A DNA stretch of 64,000 bases, taken from Elusimicrobiota bacterium. Its GTDB lineage: Bacteria > Elusimicrobiota > Elusimicrobia > Elusimicrobiales > UBA9959. Below the pieces are notes generated by a model, which had not been told where the DNA came from, searched no databases, and saw only the letters and a program-made list of their open reading frames with translations. Both the position numbers and the translations under genes were made by a program. Shown here one piece after another: positions 45,313 to 53,399 of this stretch; positions within the stretch are counted from its first letter, which is position 1; each line of letters opens with the position of its first letter. The stretch spans positions 9,729-73,728 of the forward strand of contig JACRER010000031.1 of the NCBI GenBank assembly GCA_016234365.1, written 5' to 3'.

Positions 45313-45973
45313 CGTCGTAGAGATAAACGGTCTCAGTAAAGCCTATACGCAGGGCCACGAGCAGATCCTGGTGCTCGAGGAACTCTCTTTCCATATCGCC
45401 AAGGGAGAATTCGTCTCCATCTTAGGGCCGTCCGGCTCCGGCAAGTCCACTGTCCTCAATATCGTAGGCCTGCTCGACGACGTCTACAGCGGCGAGGTCC
45501 GCCTCTTCGGCCGAAAACTGGAAGACCTGGACGAGGCCGAGAAGGCCGTGCTGCGGCTTAAGAACGTGGGGTTCGTGTTCCAGTTCGACTCGCTGCTGCC
45601 TGAGTTCACGGTGCTGGAGAACATAGAGATGCCGGCGCGGGTGCTGGGCGAGGGCGGGCCGGGCCGGGGGCTGGAACTGCTTAAACGTTTCGGCCTGGAA
45701 GCCATCGCGCACAAGTTCCCCATGGAGATCTCCGGCGGCGAGAAACAGCGGGCCGCCATGCTGCGGGCCCTGCGCAACGGCCCGGCGCTGCTGATAGCCG
45801 ACGAGCCTACCGGCAACCTGGACCGCCACAATTCCGGCGTCATCCTGGACGACCTGCGCCGCGCCGCGGAGATGGGCGCCGCCGTGCTGATGGTGACCCA
45901 TAACGACGAAGCCGCGCGCCGCGCGGACCGCGTGCTGCGCATGGCCGGCGGAAAACTGGAAACCCCGAAATGA
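45305..45973 (+). CDS. lolD: Lipoprotein-releasing system ATP-binding protein LolD
   Basis: Walker A GPSGSGKST, signature ISGGEKQR, Walker B LLIADEPTGNLD. 8-nt overlap with the permease gene. Confidence 0.85.
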   Translation: MDNVVEINGLSKAYTQGHEQILVLEELSFHIAKGEFVSILGPSGSGKSTVLNIVGLLDDVYSGEVRLFGRKLEDLDEAEKAVLRLKNVGFVFQFDSLLPEFTVLENIEMPARVLGEGGPGRGLELLKRFGLEAIAHKFPMEISGGEKQRAAMLRALRNGPALLIADEPTGNLDRHNSGVILDDLRRAAEMGAAVLMVTHNDEAARRADRVLRMAGGKLETPK

Positions 45974-46488
45974 AGCTCTGCGACGAATGCAACAAGGAAG
46001 CGGCCGCGGTATTCCTGAAACTGGCGGTCAATAATAAGGTCACCGAGACGCACCTGTGCCAGGCCTGTGCGGCCAGGAAAGGCATGGGCCTCGGGTTCGA
46101 GTCCGGCGCGTTCAATATCTCCGACATCGTCGGGAACATGAGCGGCTACTTCAAGGATTTCCTGCCGCCCGAGAAGAAGACCCTGCGCTGCCGCGCCTGC
46201 GGCCTCAAGTATTCTGAGTTCAAAGAAAGCGGCCGCCTGGGCTGCCCGGAGTGCTACGCCGGGTTCGGGTCGCAGCTGGCCGAACTGCTGGCGCGCATCC
46301 ACGGCGCGTCCCGGCATACCGGCCGCGCCTATTGCGGCGGGGCCGCCCTGAAATTATCCAAGGCGGAGATCGGGCGCCGGCTGGACGAGCTCCGCGCGGA
46401 GCTGAAGGCCGCCATCGCGCGCGAAGATTTTGAGGGCGCGGCGCGCTTGCGCGACGCCATGCGGCAGTTGGAGGGGGGCCATGGCTGA
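45970..46488 (+). CDS. mcsA: Protein-arginine kinase activator McsA (UvrB/UvrC-motif protein)
   Basis: Two CxxC pairs at the N-terminus, a second zinc ribbon (CRACG...GCPECY), and a C-terminal UVR motif (EDFEGAARLRDAMRQLE). Same architecture as Bacillus McsA. Confidence 0.7.
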   Translation: MKLCDECNKEAAAVFLKLAVNNKVTETHLCQACAARKGMGLGFESGAFNISDIVGNMSGYFKDFLPPEKKTLRCRACGLKYSEFKESGRLGCPECYAGFGSQLAELLARIHGASRHTGRAYCGGAALKLSKAEIGRRLDELRAELKAAIAREDFEGAARLRDAMRQLEGGHG

Positions 46489-47533
46489 CGTGATAAAGGC
46501 CTTCCGTTCCGGGGTGACCTGGGCCAACGCCAGGGGCGCCTGGCCGGATATGATATTCTCCACGCGGGTGCGCTTTGCCCGCAACCTGGAGGGTTTTCCC
46601 TTCCCGGGCCGCGCCGAACCGCGGCAGCTGGCCGAAATACGCAGACTGACTTTTGCCGCCGTTAAGGCCTCCGGCTCGTTCGCGCGCGGCCACTACTTCA
46701 AGACCGAAGCGCTGGACCGGCTGGAGAAGGGGTTCCTGGTGGAGCGGCACCATATTTCGCATGCGTTGGCGGCGTCCGCGCTGCCCTCAGGGGCGGCCGT
46801 TTCCAACGACGAAGACCTGTCCGTCATGGTCAACGAGGAAGATCACCTCCGCCTGCGCTGCCTCAGCGCCGGGTTCGCCATAGAAGAGGCCTTTAAGGCG
46901 GCGTTGAAGCTGGACGAGGCGCTGGGGCGCGAACTGCCCTTCGCTTACGACGGCAATTTCGGTTTTTTGACCGCCTGCCCCACCAACACTGGCACGGGCA
47001 TGCGCGTCTCCTGCCTGGCTCACCTGCCCGCCTTGTCGCGGCTGGGCCGCATGCCGCAGGTGCTGGAGAGCCTCTCCCACCTTGGGGTGACGGCTCGCGG
47101 CATCTACGGCGAGGGCACCTGCGTGCTGGGGGATTTCTACCAGATCTCCAACGCCACCTGCCTGGGCCGCACCGAAGAGGAATTCTGCCAGAACATAGAC
47201 CGGGTCATCCGCAACCTGATAAGGCAGGAAATAGCCGCGCGCGAAGCTTTGCTGAAAGGGCCGATGAAGCTGCGCACGGAGGACGCCGTCTTCCGGGCCC
47301 TGGGCCTGCTCAAACACGCCCGCCGGCTCTCGTACGAGGAGTTCATGCAGAACGTTTCCCTGGCGCGCATGGGCGCGGCCATGGGGTGGAATATGGGCGT
47401 GGATTTCAGCACTTTCAACCAGGTGACGCTGCTTATGCAGCCGGCGCACATCCAGGCCGCGGCCGGCCGCCCGCTCGACCCCGACGCGCGCGACGCCTTC
47501 CGGGCGGAATTCCTGCGCAAAAAGCTGGCCTGA
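46481..47533 (+). CDS. mcsB: Protein arginine kinase McsB (ATP:guanido phosphotransferase)
   Basis: RVRFARNLEGFPF, VMVNEEDHLRL, CPTN.GTGMR. ATG at 46481 overlaps the mcsA stop. Confidence 0.9.
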   Translation: MADVIKAFRSGVTWANARGAWPDMIFSTRVRFARNLEGFPFPGRAEPRQLAEIRRLTFAAVKASGSFARGHYFKTEALDRLEKGFLVERHHISHALAASALPSGAAVSNDEDLSVMVNEEDHLRLRCLSAGFAIEEAFKAALKLDEALGRELPFAYDGNFGFLTACPTNTGTGMRVSCLAHLPALSRLGRMPQVLESLSHLGVTARGIYGEGTCVLGDFYQISNATCLGRTEEEFCQNIDRVIRNLIRQEIAAREALLKGPMKLRTEDAVFRALGLLKHARRLSYEEFMQNVSLARMGAAMGWNMGVDFSTFNQVTLLMQPAHIQAAAGRPLDPDARDAFRAEFLRKKLA

Positions 47534-47550
47534 TCCGCCCCTTTGGGCCC

Positions 47551-47578
47551 TTGACAATTTCCGCATATCTGGTAAAAA
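47551..47578 (+). promoter_or_regulatory. Promoter-like element upstream of the second amylase gene
   Basis: TTGACA, a 16 nt spacer, then TAAAAA(AT), about 10 nt before the GTG start at 47588. Confidence 0.4.
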
Positions 47579-47587
47579 ATAAGCAAG

Positions 47588-48832
47588 GTGTTAAGGAACC
47601 TAGCGGTCCTCGTTCTTTCGTTGTGCTGGCTGCCGTTATGGCCGGCCACTCCCGCTTTTGCCGCGCGGGCCGGGGAAACGACGGTGATGATGCAGGGCTT
47701 TCACTGGACTTCCTGGAAGACCGCCCCCTGGTGGGGGGAGGTCCGTAAGCGCGCCGGCGAGCTTTCCGCCGCGGGCGTAAGCCTTGTCTGGCTGCCGCCC
47801 TCCTCCGATTCTCTGGCTCCGGAAGGTTACCTGCCCAGGAAACTTTCCGAGCAGGATTCTTATTACGGCACCGCCGCCCAGCTTACGGCCGCGGTGGGCG
47901 CCCTGCACTCCGCCGGGATCCGCGTCATAGGCGACATCGTGCTGAACCACCGCGTGGGCACCAAGGATTGGGCGGATTTTACCCAGCCGGCCTGGGGCCC
48001 TGACTCCGTCTGTTCCGACGATGAATGGGGCAAGGGCCAGGGCGCGCCGGATACCGGCAAAGGCTTTGTGGGCGGCAGGGATATAGACCATACCAGGACC
48101 TACGTGCGCGATTCCCTGAAAGCCTGGCTGAAGGACCTGCGCTCGACGCCCGGTTACGACGGCTGGCGCTACGATTACGCGCGCGGCTTCTCCGCGCGCT
48201 ACATGCTGGAATATAACCGCGCCACCAACCCTTCGTTCGCCGTGGCGGAGATCTGGGACGACCTGGACATCAACAACACGGACGCCCACCGCCAGGCGGC
48301 AATAGACTGGATGGACTCCGTCAACGGCGAGATAAAGGTTTTTGACTTCACTACCAAGGGCGTGCTGCAGCAGGCCATGTTGTCGGGAGAGTTCTGGCGG
48401 CTGGCCGATAAGGACGGCAGGCCTTCCGGCCTGCTCGGCTGGTGGCCCCAGAACGCCGTGACCTTCATAGATAACCACGATACGGGGCCCAGCCCGGGCG
48501 GCAAACTTAAGGCCGAGGCCTGGCCGTTCCCGTCGGATAAGGTGGCGGCCGGCTACGCCTACATACTTACCCACCCCGGGGTGCCGTGCCTCTATTGGCC
48601 GCATTTCTTCGACTGGGGCATGAAAAAAGAACTTTCGAAACTGATAGAGGTTCGGCGCGCCGCCGGCCTTACTTCCGCCAGCGCGGTGAGCATTCTCCGG
48701 GCCGAGCAGGGGCTTTATGCGGCGGTGACGGACGGCCGCGTAGCGCTCAAACTCGGCGACAGGCCCTGGGCCCCCGGCCCCGGCTGGACGCAGGCCGCCG
48801 CGGGGCCCGGCTATATGGTCTGGACGCGCTGA
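47588..48832 (+). CDS. Secreted alpha-amylase (GH13), paralog of 31557-33005
   Basis: VMMQGFHW, DIVLNHR, GWRYDYARGF, FIDNHD. Signal peptide present. GTG start. Confidence 0.85.
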   Translation: MLRNLAVLVLSLCWLPLWPATPAFAARAGETTVMMQGFHWTSWKTAPWWGEVRKRAGELSAAGVSLVWLPPSSDSLAPEGYLPRKLSEQDSYYGTAAQLTAAVGALHSAGIRVIGDIVLNHRVGTKDWADFTQPAWGPDSVCSDDEWGKGQGAPDTGKGFVGGRDIDHTRTYVRDSLKAWLKDLRSTPGYDGWRYDYARGFSARYMLEYNRATNPSFAVAEIWDDLDINNTDAHRQAAIDWMDSVNGEIKVFDFTTKGVLQQAMLSGEFWRLADKDGRPSGLLGWWPQNAVTFIDNHDTGPSPGGKLKAEAWPFPSDKVAAGYAYILTHPGVPCLYWPHFFDWGMKKELSKLIEVRRAAGLTSASAVSILRAEQGLYAAVTDGRVALKLGDRPWAPGPGWTQAAAGPGYMVWTR

Positions 48833-48876
48833 CCACTCTGTTGCTTTGCCACGCCTAATATAATTAAATATGAGGC

Positions 48877-49689
48877 ATGTACCAGAAGCACTGGAACCTT
48901 AAAAAACTCCCGTTCGAAAACACCCCCGACACCGAATTCTTTTTCGAGTCCGAAAAGCACGAGGAGGCTTTTTCCAGGCTTTCCTATGTGGTGGACGAGA
49001 AGAAGTCCTGCGCCGTTATCACAGGCGCGTACGGCACCGGCAAGACGCTGATCCTTAAGTCGCTGGAGCGCCAGTTCAAAAAAAAGGGTTACGTTTTCTC
49101 CTTCGTTACCAACCCGCGCCTGGACGACCTGGGCCTGCTCAAGATCATCCTGCATAATTTTACCGGCTACAACGTGCCCAAGGCCAAGGAAGACGTGCTG
49201 ATGGGCATAGAGCGCTTCCTGCGCGACACCTTCCAGGACGGCAAGCACGTGGTAGTGGCCATCGACGAGGCCCAGCTCATAAACGACGAGAACGTGTTCG
49301 AAGAGCTGCGCCTGCTGCTGAATTTCCAGACCGAGACGCGGTTCTTGCTGACGCTGATCCTCAGCGGACAGCCCGAGCTGAAGGGGAAACTTGATTCCAA
49401 TAAACAGTTCAGCCAGCGCATTACGCTAAGTTACCACCTGAAGCCGCTGGATATGGAAGAGACCAGGAAATATGTCTCGCACCGGCTGGAGATCGCCGGG
49501 CTGGCGGAGAACATTTTTGACGAGCAGGCCATGGAGCTGCTGTACGAGCGTTCCGGCGGCATTCCGCGCCAGATCAACAACATCGCAAATATGAGCATGC
49601 TCGCGGCTTTTTCCAAGGGCGAGAAGGCCATCACCAGGGAACTGGTGGCGGAAGGCGTGGAGAGCGCCGGCAGCCAGGGGGAAAGATGA
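48877..49689 (+). CDS. ExeA/GspA-like AAA ATPase (AAA_22 type)
   Basis: N-terminal F...PF...PD..FF..S..H, Walker A GAYGTGKT, Walker B VVAIDEAQ. Confidence 0.75.
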   Translation: MYQKHWNLKKLPFENTPDTEFFFESEKHEEAFSRLSYVVDEKKSCAVITGAYGTGKTLILKSLERQFKKKGYVFSFVTNPRLDDLGLLKIILHNFTGYNVPKAKEDVLMGIERFLRDTFQDGKHVVVAIDEAQLINDENVFEELRLLLNFQTETRFLLTLILSGQPELKGKLDSNKQFSQRITLSYHLKPLDMEETRKYVSHRLEIAGLAENIFDEQAMELLYERSGGIPRQINNIANMSMLAAFSKGEKAITRELVAEGVESAGSQGER

Positions 49690-50315
49690 AGATACTCGGC
49701 ATAGGCGCGCATCCCGACGATCTGGAGTTCGGCTGCGGCGGCACGCTGCAGAAACTGGCCTCCAACGGACATAAAGTGCACATGCTGGTCATGACGCACG
49801 GCTCCGTGGGAGGGGATTCCCGCGAGCGCATGGGCGAGCAGAAGAAGGCCGCGGCGCTGCTTGACGCTAAACTTTATTGGGGCGGTTTCGAGGATACCGG
49901 CGTGGTCCTCAACAGGGAGCTGATACGCACGGTGGAGCGGCACGTAGAGGCGATAAAACCGGACCTGGTCTTTGTGAACCACGCCGCCGACACGCACCAG
50001 GACCACCGCAGCGTGGCCAAGGCCGTGGAGACCGCGGCGCGCTACATGAAGAACCTGCTTTTTTATGAAGTTCCTACCACCATGGATTTCAACCCGGGCG
50101 TTTTCGTGGACATCGGGCCGGTCATAAACCGCAAGGTCGCGCTGCTGAAGTGCCACCGCTCGCAGGTCTACAAGACCCGCGTCAAAAATCTTTCCATCAT
50201 AGAGAGCGCTAAAGCCGCCGCGATGTTCCGCGGCTACCAGGACAGGGTGAAGTACGCCGAGGGCTTTGTGCCGCGGCGCCTGCTGCTGGACCAGCTGCTG
50301 GGCTGCGGGAAATGA
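49686..50315 (+). CDS. PIG-L/LmbE family deacetylase
   Basis: ILGIGAHPDDLEFGCGGT motif and the HQDH metal site. Confidence 0.85.
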   Translation: MKILGIGAHPDDLEFGCGGTLQKLASNGHKVHMLVMTHGSVGGDSRERMGEQKKAAALLDAKLYWGGFEDTGVVLNRELIRTVERHVEAIKPDLVFVNHAADTHQDHRSVAKAVETAARYMKNLLFYEVPTTMDFNPGVFVDIGPVINRKVALLKCHRSQVYKTRVKNLSIIESAKAAAMFRGYQDRVKYAEGFVPRRLLLDQLLGCGK

Positions 50316-51454
50316 AGCGCTTCGGCGGTATCTTCTCCCTTGTAACGCTGGCGGTGCTGCTGGTGCTGCTGCCGCCGGGCGGATTCTCCGCCTGGACCTG
50401 GACCGAAGGCCTGCGTTGGACGTACCTTTTTTTGATAGCGATGACGGCGGCGCTGGTGCTGACCCCGGCCGCGGGCTGGCTGGCCGCGCGCGTGGGGGCT
50501 ATAGACGTGCCCGACTCCCGGAAGGTGCACGCCCGCCCTGTCCCGCGCTCCGGCGGGCTGGCCATCTATCTGGCCTTCATGGCCGCCATGTTGCGCAACA
50601 TGCAGTTCCCCGCCGAAACGCTCGGGATAGCGCTGGGTGGAACCATCATTTTCCTGCTAGGCTTCGCCGACGACTGCCGCGGGCTTTCGGCCCGGACCAG
50701 GCTTTTCTGGCAGCTGATCGCCGCCCTCGTGGTCACGTTCTTCGGTCTGCACATGAGTTTCCCGCTGAAGCTGCCGTTCGGGCTTGCGATCTCCACGATC
50801 CTGTCCGTGCTCTGGATAGTCGGCATCATCAACGCGTTCAATTTTATGGACGGGATAGACGGCCTGGCCTCCACCATGGGGGCCGTCTGCGCGCTGCTGT
50901 TCCTGGGCATCGGCTGGAACTCCAGCCAGTATCCGCTGTCTTTCATCTCGGCGGCGCTCGCCGGGGCTTGCGCGGGTTTCCTGCGCTACAACTGGCGCCC
51001 TGCGGGGATTTTCCTGGGCGACTCGGGTTCCACCTTCATCGGGTTCATCCTCGGCTGCCTGGCGCTTTACGGCGGGTGGGCAACCGACAACCCGGCCATT
51101 TCCTTCTCAACGCCGCTGCTGGTCCTGGGCATTCCCATCTTCGACATCATTTATACCACGGTGTCGCGCATGCGTAACGGCAGCGTCACTAACGTCAGGG
51201 AATGGCTGGAATACACCGGGCGCGACCATTTTCACCACCGGCTCATGAAGCTGGGGCTCAGCGTCGAGCAGACGGTAGGGTTTATAGTGCTGCTGAACGT
51301 GTGCCTGGGGCTCGGCGCCTGGACTATCCGTCATACCGGCTCCACGCTTGGCACCTGGCTGCTGCTGGCGCAAAGCATCCTGATCTTCCTTGTGGTAGTG
51401 GTGTTGATGCTGCTGGGCCGGGACCTAACTCCGGAAAAGGAAAGCCGCAGATGA
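50312..51454 (+). CDS. Glycosyltransferase family 4 (MraY/WecA-like polyprenyl-phosphate sugar-1-phosphate transferase)
   Basis: Polytopic membrane protein with NAFNFMDGIDGLA and DVPDSRKVH motifs. Confidence 0.85.
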   Translation: MKRFGGIFSLVTLAVLLVLLPPGGFSAWTWTEGLRWTYLFLIAMTAALVLTPAAGWLAARVGAIDVPDSRKVHARPVPRSGGLAIYLAFMAAMLRNMQFPAETLGIALGGTIIFLLGFADDCRGLSARTRLFWQLIAALVVTFFGLHMSFPLKLPFGLAISTILSVLWIVGIINAFNFMDGIDGLASTMGAVCALLFLGIGWNSSQYPLSFISAALAGACAGFLRYNWRPAGIFLGDSGSTFIGFILGCLALYGGWATDNPAISFSTPLLVLGIPIFDIIYTTVSRMRNGSVTNVREWLEYTGRDHFHHRLMKLGLSVEQTVGFIVLLNVCLGLGAWTIRHTGSTLGTWLLLAQSILIFLVVVVLMLLGRDLTPEKESRR

Positions 51455-52536
51455 AAGATACGATCATCAGGAAAGTCTCCGTCCGGGAACTGGACGCGGA
51501 ATTGTTCACGCCTTTCACCATCTCTACCGGCAGCCACCGGAGCATGGAGAACGCGGTCTTCACGCTGGAAGCGGCCGGCGGGGTTAAAGGTTTTGGTGAG
51601 GCGGCTATAGCCACGCACATCACCGGGGAAACGCGCGAAGCTACGATGAAAAGCCTGCGCCGGGCGGGGGAACTGCTGCGAGGCGCGGACGTGTCCAACT
51701 ATCTGGCGGCGTTATGCCGGCTGGAGGGGGAACTGGACGGCAACCGGGCCGCGCTTGCGGCCGCGCAGATGGCCGTGCTGGACCTGGCTACCCGCCTGCA
51801 GGGCGTATCTTTGTGGCGGTTCTTCGGCGCCAGGACGCCCAGCCTGAAGACCGATATTACGGTGGTCATAGGCGGCGCAAAAGCCGCGGGGGCTTTCACG
51901 CGCAAAATGCGCGCCCGCGGTTTTAAAATTTTCAAGATCAAGACCGGCGTGGACATGGACGAGGATTTCCGGAGGCTGGAAGCGGTGAAGAAAGCCGCGG
52001 CCGGCTGCGCGGTATATCTGGACGCCAACTGCGCCTATAGCGCCGGGGAGGCCGAGAAATTCATTAAAGGCCTGGCCCGCCGCGGCATACGCCCGGAGGT
52101 GGTGGAGCAGCCGGTCAAGAAGGACGATATCGACGGCCTGGCCTGGCTGACGCGCCGGCTGCCCATGCCGGTCTGCGCTGATGAGTCCGCCTATTCTCTC
52201 GACGACGTTTACCGCCTTATAAGCCGGCGCGCCGTGAGCGCCGTCAATATCAAGCTGACCAAGCTCGGGTTCCTGCGCGCCCGCGAAGTCTGGGCCCTGG
52301 CCCGCGCTAAGGGCATAAAACTGATGATGGGGGAAATGCTGGAGAGCGAGCTTGCCAGCGCGGCCGCGGCGCATTTCGCCGGCGGGCTGGGCGGCTTCGA
52401 TTTTATAGACCTGGATACGCCGTTCTTCATAAAGGACAGCGGGATGAAGGGCGCCTCATTCCTGTCCCGGGACGGGGTTTATTCCTTGGACCGCGTTAAG
52501 GCGGGTATCGGCGTGGCCCCCGGGGCGGCGAGATGA
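51451..52536 (+). CDS. Enolase-superfamily dipeptide epimerase/muconate-lactonizing-enzyme-like protein
   Basis: KIKTG, DANCAY, EQP and MGEMLES metal/acid-base segments. ATG at 51451 overlaps the upstream stop (ATGA); the ORF-track N-terminal extension is rejected. Confidence 0.75.
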   Translation: MKDTIIRKVSVRELDAELFTPFTISTGSHRSMENAVFTLEAAGGVKGFGEAAIATHITGETREATMKSLRRAGELLRGADVSNYLAALCRLEGELDGNRAALAAAQMAVLDLATRLQGVSLWRFFGARTPSLKTDITVVIGGAKAAGAFTRKMRARGFKIFKIKTGVDMDEDFRRLEAVKKAAAGCAVYLDANCAYSAGEAEKFIKGLARRGIRPEVVEQPVKKDDIDGLAWLTRRLPMPVCADESAYSLDDVYRLISRRAVSAVNIKLTKLGFLRAREVWALARAKGIKLMMGEMLESELASAAAAHFAGGLGGFDFIDLDTPFFIKDSGMKGASFLSRDGVYSLDRVKAGIGVAPGAAR

Positions 52537-53195
52537 AAAGGGCCGTTCTGCTTGCGGCCCTGCTGCTCTGTGGCGGCCGTTTGGCGGCGCAGGAAACGGC
52601 GTCGCCCAGACTGCCGGACCTGCCGGGCCTGGAGGACCTGCCGGAGCCGACCCGTTACCTGGCAGGCTACGTCACTGCCGGCGGCGGCTGGGCCGTGCCT
52701 TTCGGAGGGCACTGGGGGGACAAGACGTCCGGTTTTAAACCTTCCCAGGTATTCGCCGTGTCCGCTTCAAAGCGCGTGGACGAACTGCTCAGCTACGGTT
52801 TGGAGACCTCCTACGCCTGGAACCACGTCAACCGGAAGATGTCTTCCATGAAGGTGAAGATCTTCGAAATCGGCCCTTTCGTCAGGGTGTTCTTCCCCGA
52901 GGGGGAAACGCTGTATTACGGTACGCTTGGCGCCGGAGTCTATCAATGGTCGCAGCCGTCCTTCAGGTCCGGCGGCGCGGCTTATTCCTCGGATTCCGGT
53001 TCCAGCGCCGGGATGAGCCTGGGCGGCGGGGTGTCCTATCCGTTCTGGTTCGGCAGCCGTCTTGGCCTGGACCTGCGCTGGCACCATATCTTCAATATGA
53101 AGGGGAGCAATTTTGTCCTGGATACCGCGGACAATTTTAACCTGCTGCTCACGCTGCATTACGGCGTCTGGAAGGATAAAAAAACCGCCCCTTGA
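52533..53195 (+). CDS. Hypothetical outer-membrane beta-barrel protein
   Basis: Signal peptide and an alternating aromatic/Gly beta-strand pattern. Confidence 0.5.
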   Translation: MKRAVLLAALLLCGGRLAAQETASPRLPDLPGLEDLPEPTRYLAGYVTAGGGWAVPFGGHWGDKTSGFKPSQVFAVSASKRVDELLSYGLETSYAWNHVNRKMSSMKVKIFEIGPFVRVFFPEGETLYYGTLGAGVYQWSQPSFRSGGAAYSSDSGSSAGMSLGGGVSYPFWFGSRLGLDLRWHHIFNMKGSNFVLDTADNFNLLLTLHYGVWKDKKTAP

Positions 53196-53278
53196 CAAAC
53201 TGGATTTCCTCTGCTAAAACATAGGTGGACGCCGCCCTCGTGTGGCCTCCACCTGTGAACTCCCCGAAGGAAGGGGAC

Positions 53279-53307
53279 GCGAAAACCCGCCAAAAGCGGG
53301 TTTTCGC
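53279..53307 (+). terminator. 12-bp perfect stem-loop (terminator of the upstream gene or attenuator of the FTCD leader)
   Basis: GCGAAAACCCGC-caaaa-GCGGGTTTTCGC followed by ATTTCCC. Confidence 0.55.
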
Positions 53308-53399
53308 ATTTCCCGGCCTTTTCAGCCTTCCGGCATAATTTGTATGATTTCTATATTATAAGGGCTTACTGCCCTGTACCGATTTATACAGGAGGCTTT

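Noticed and set aside
46085-46110. tRNA-like T-loop string GGGTTCGAGTCCGGCG
   Set aside because: It lies inside the mcsA coding frame. The flanking 5-mers are not complementary, so no T-arm or cloverleaf can be drawn.
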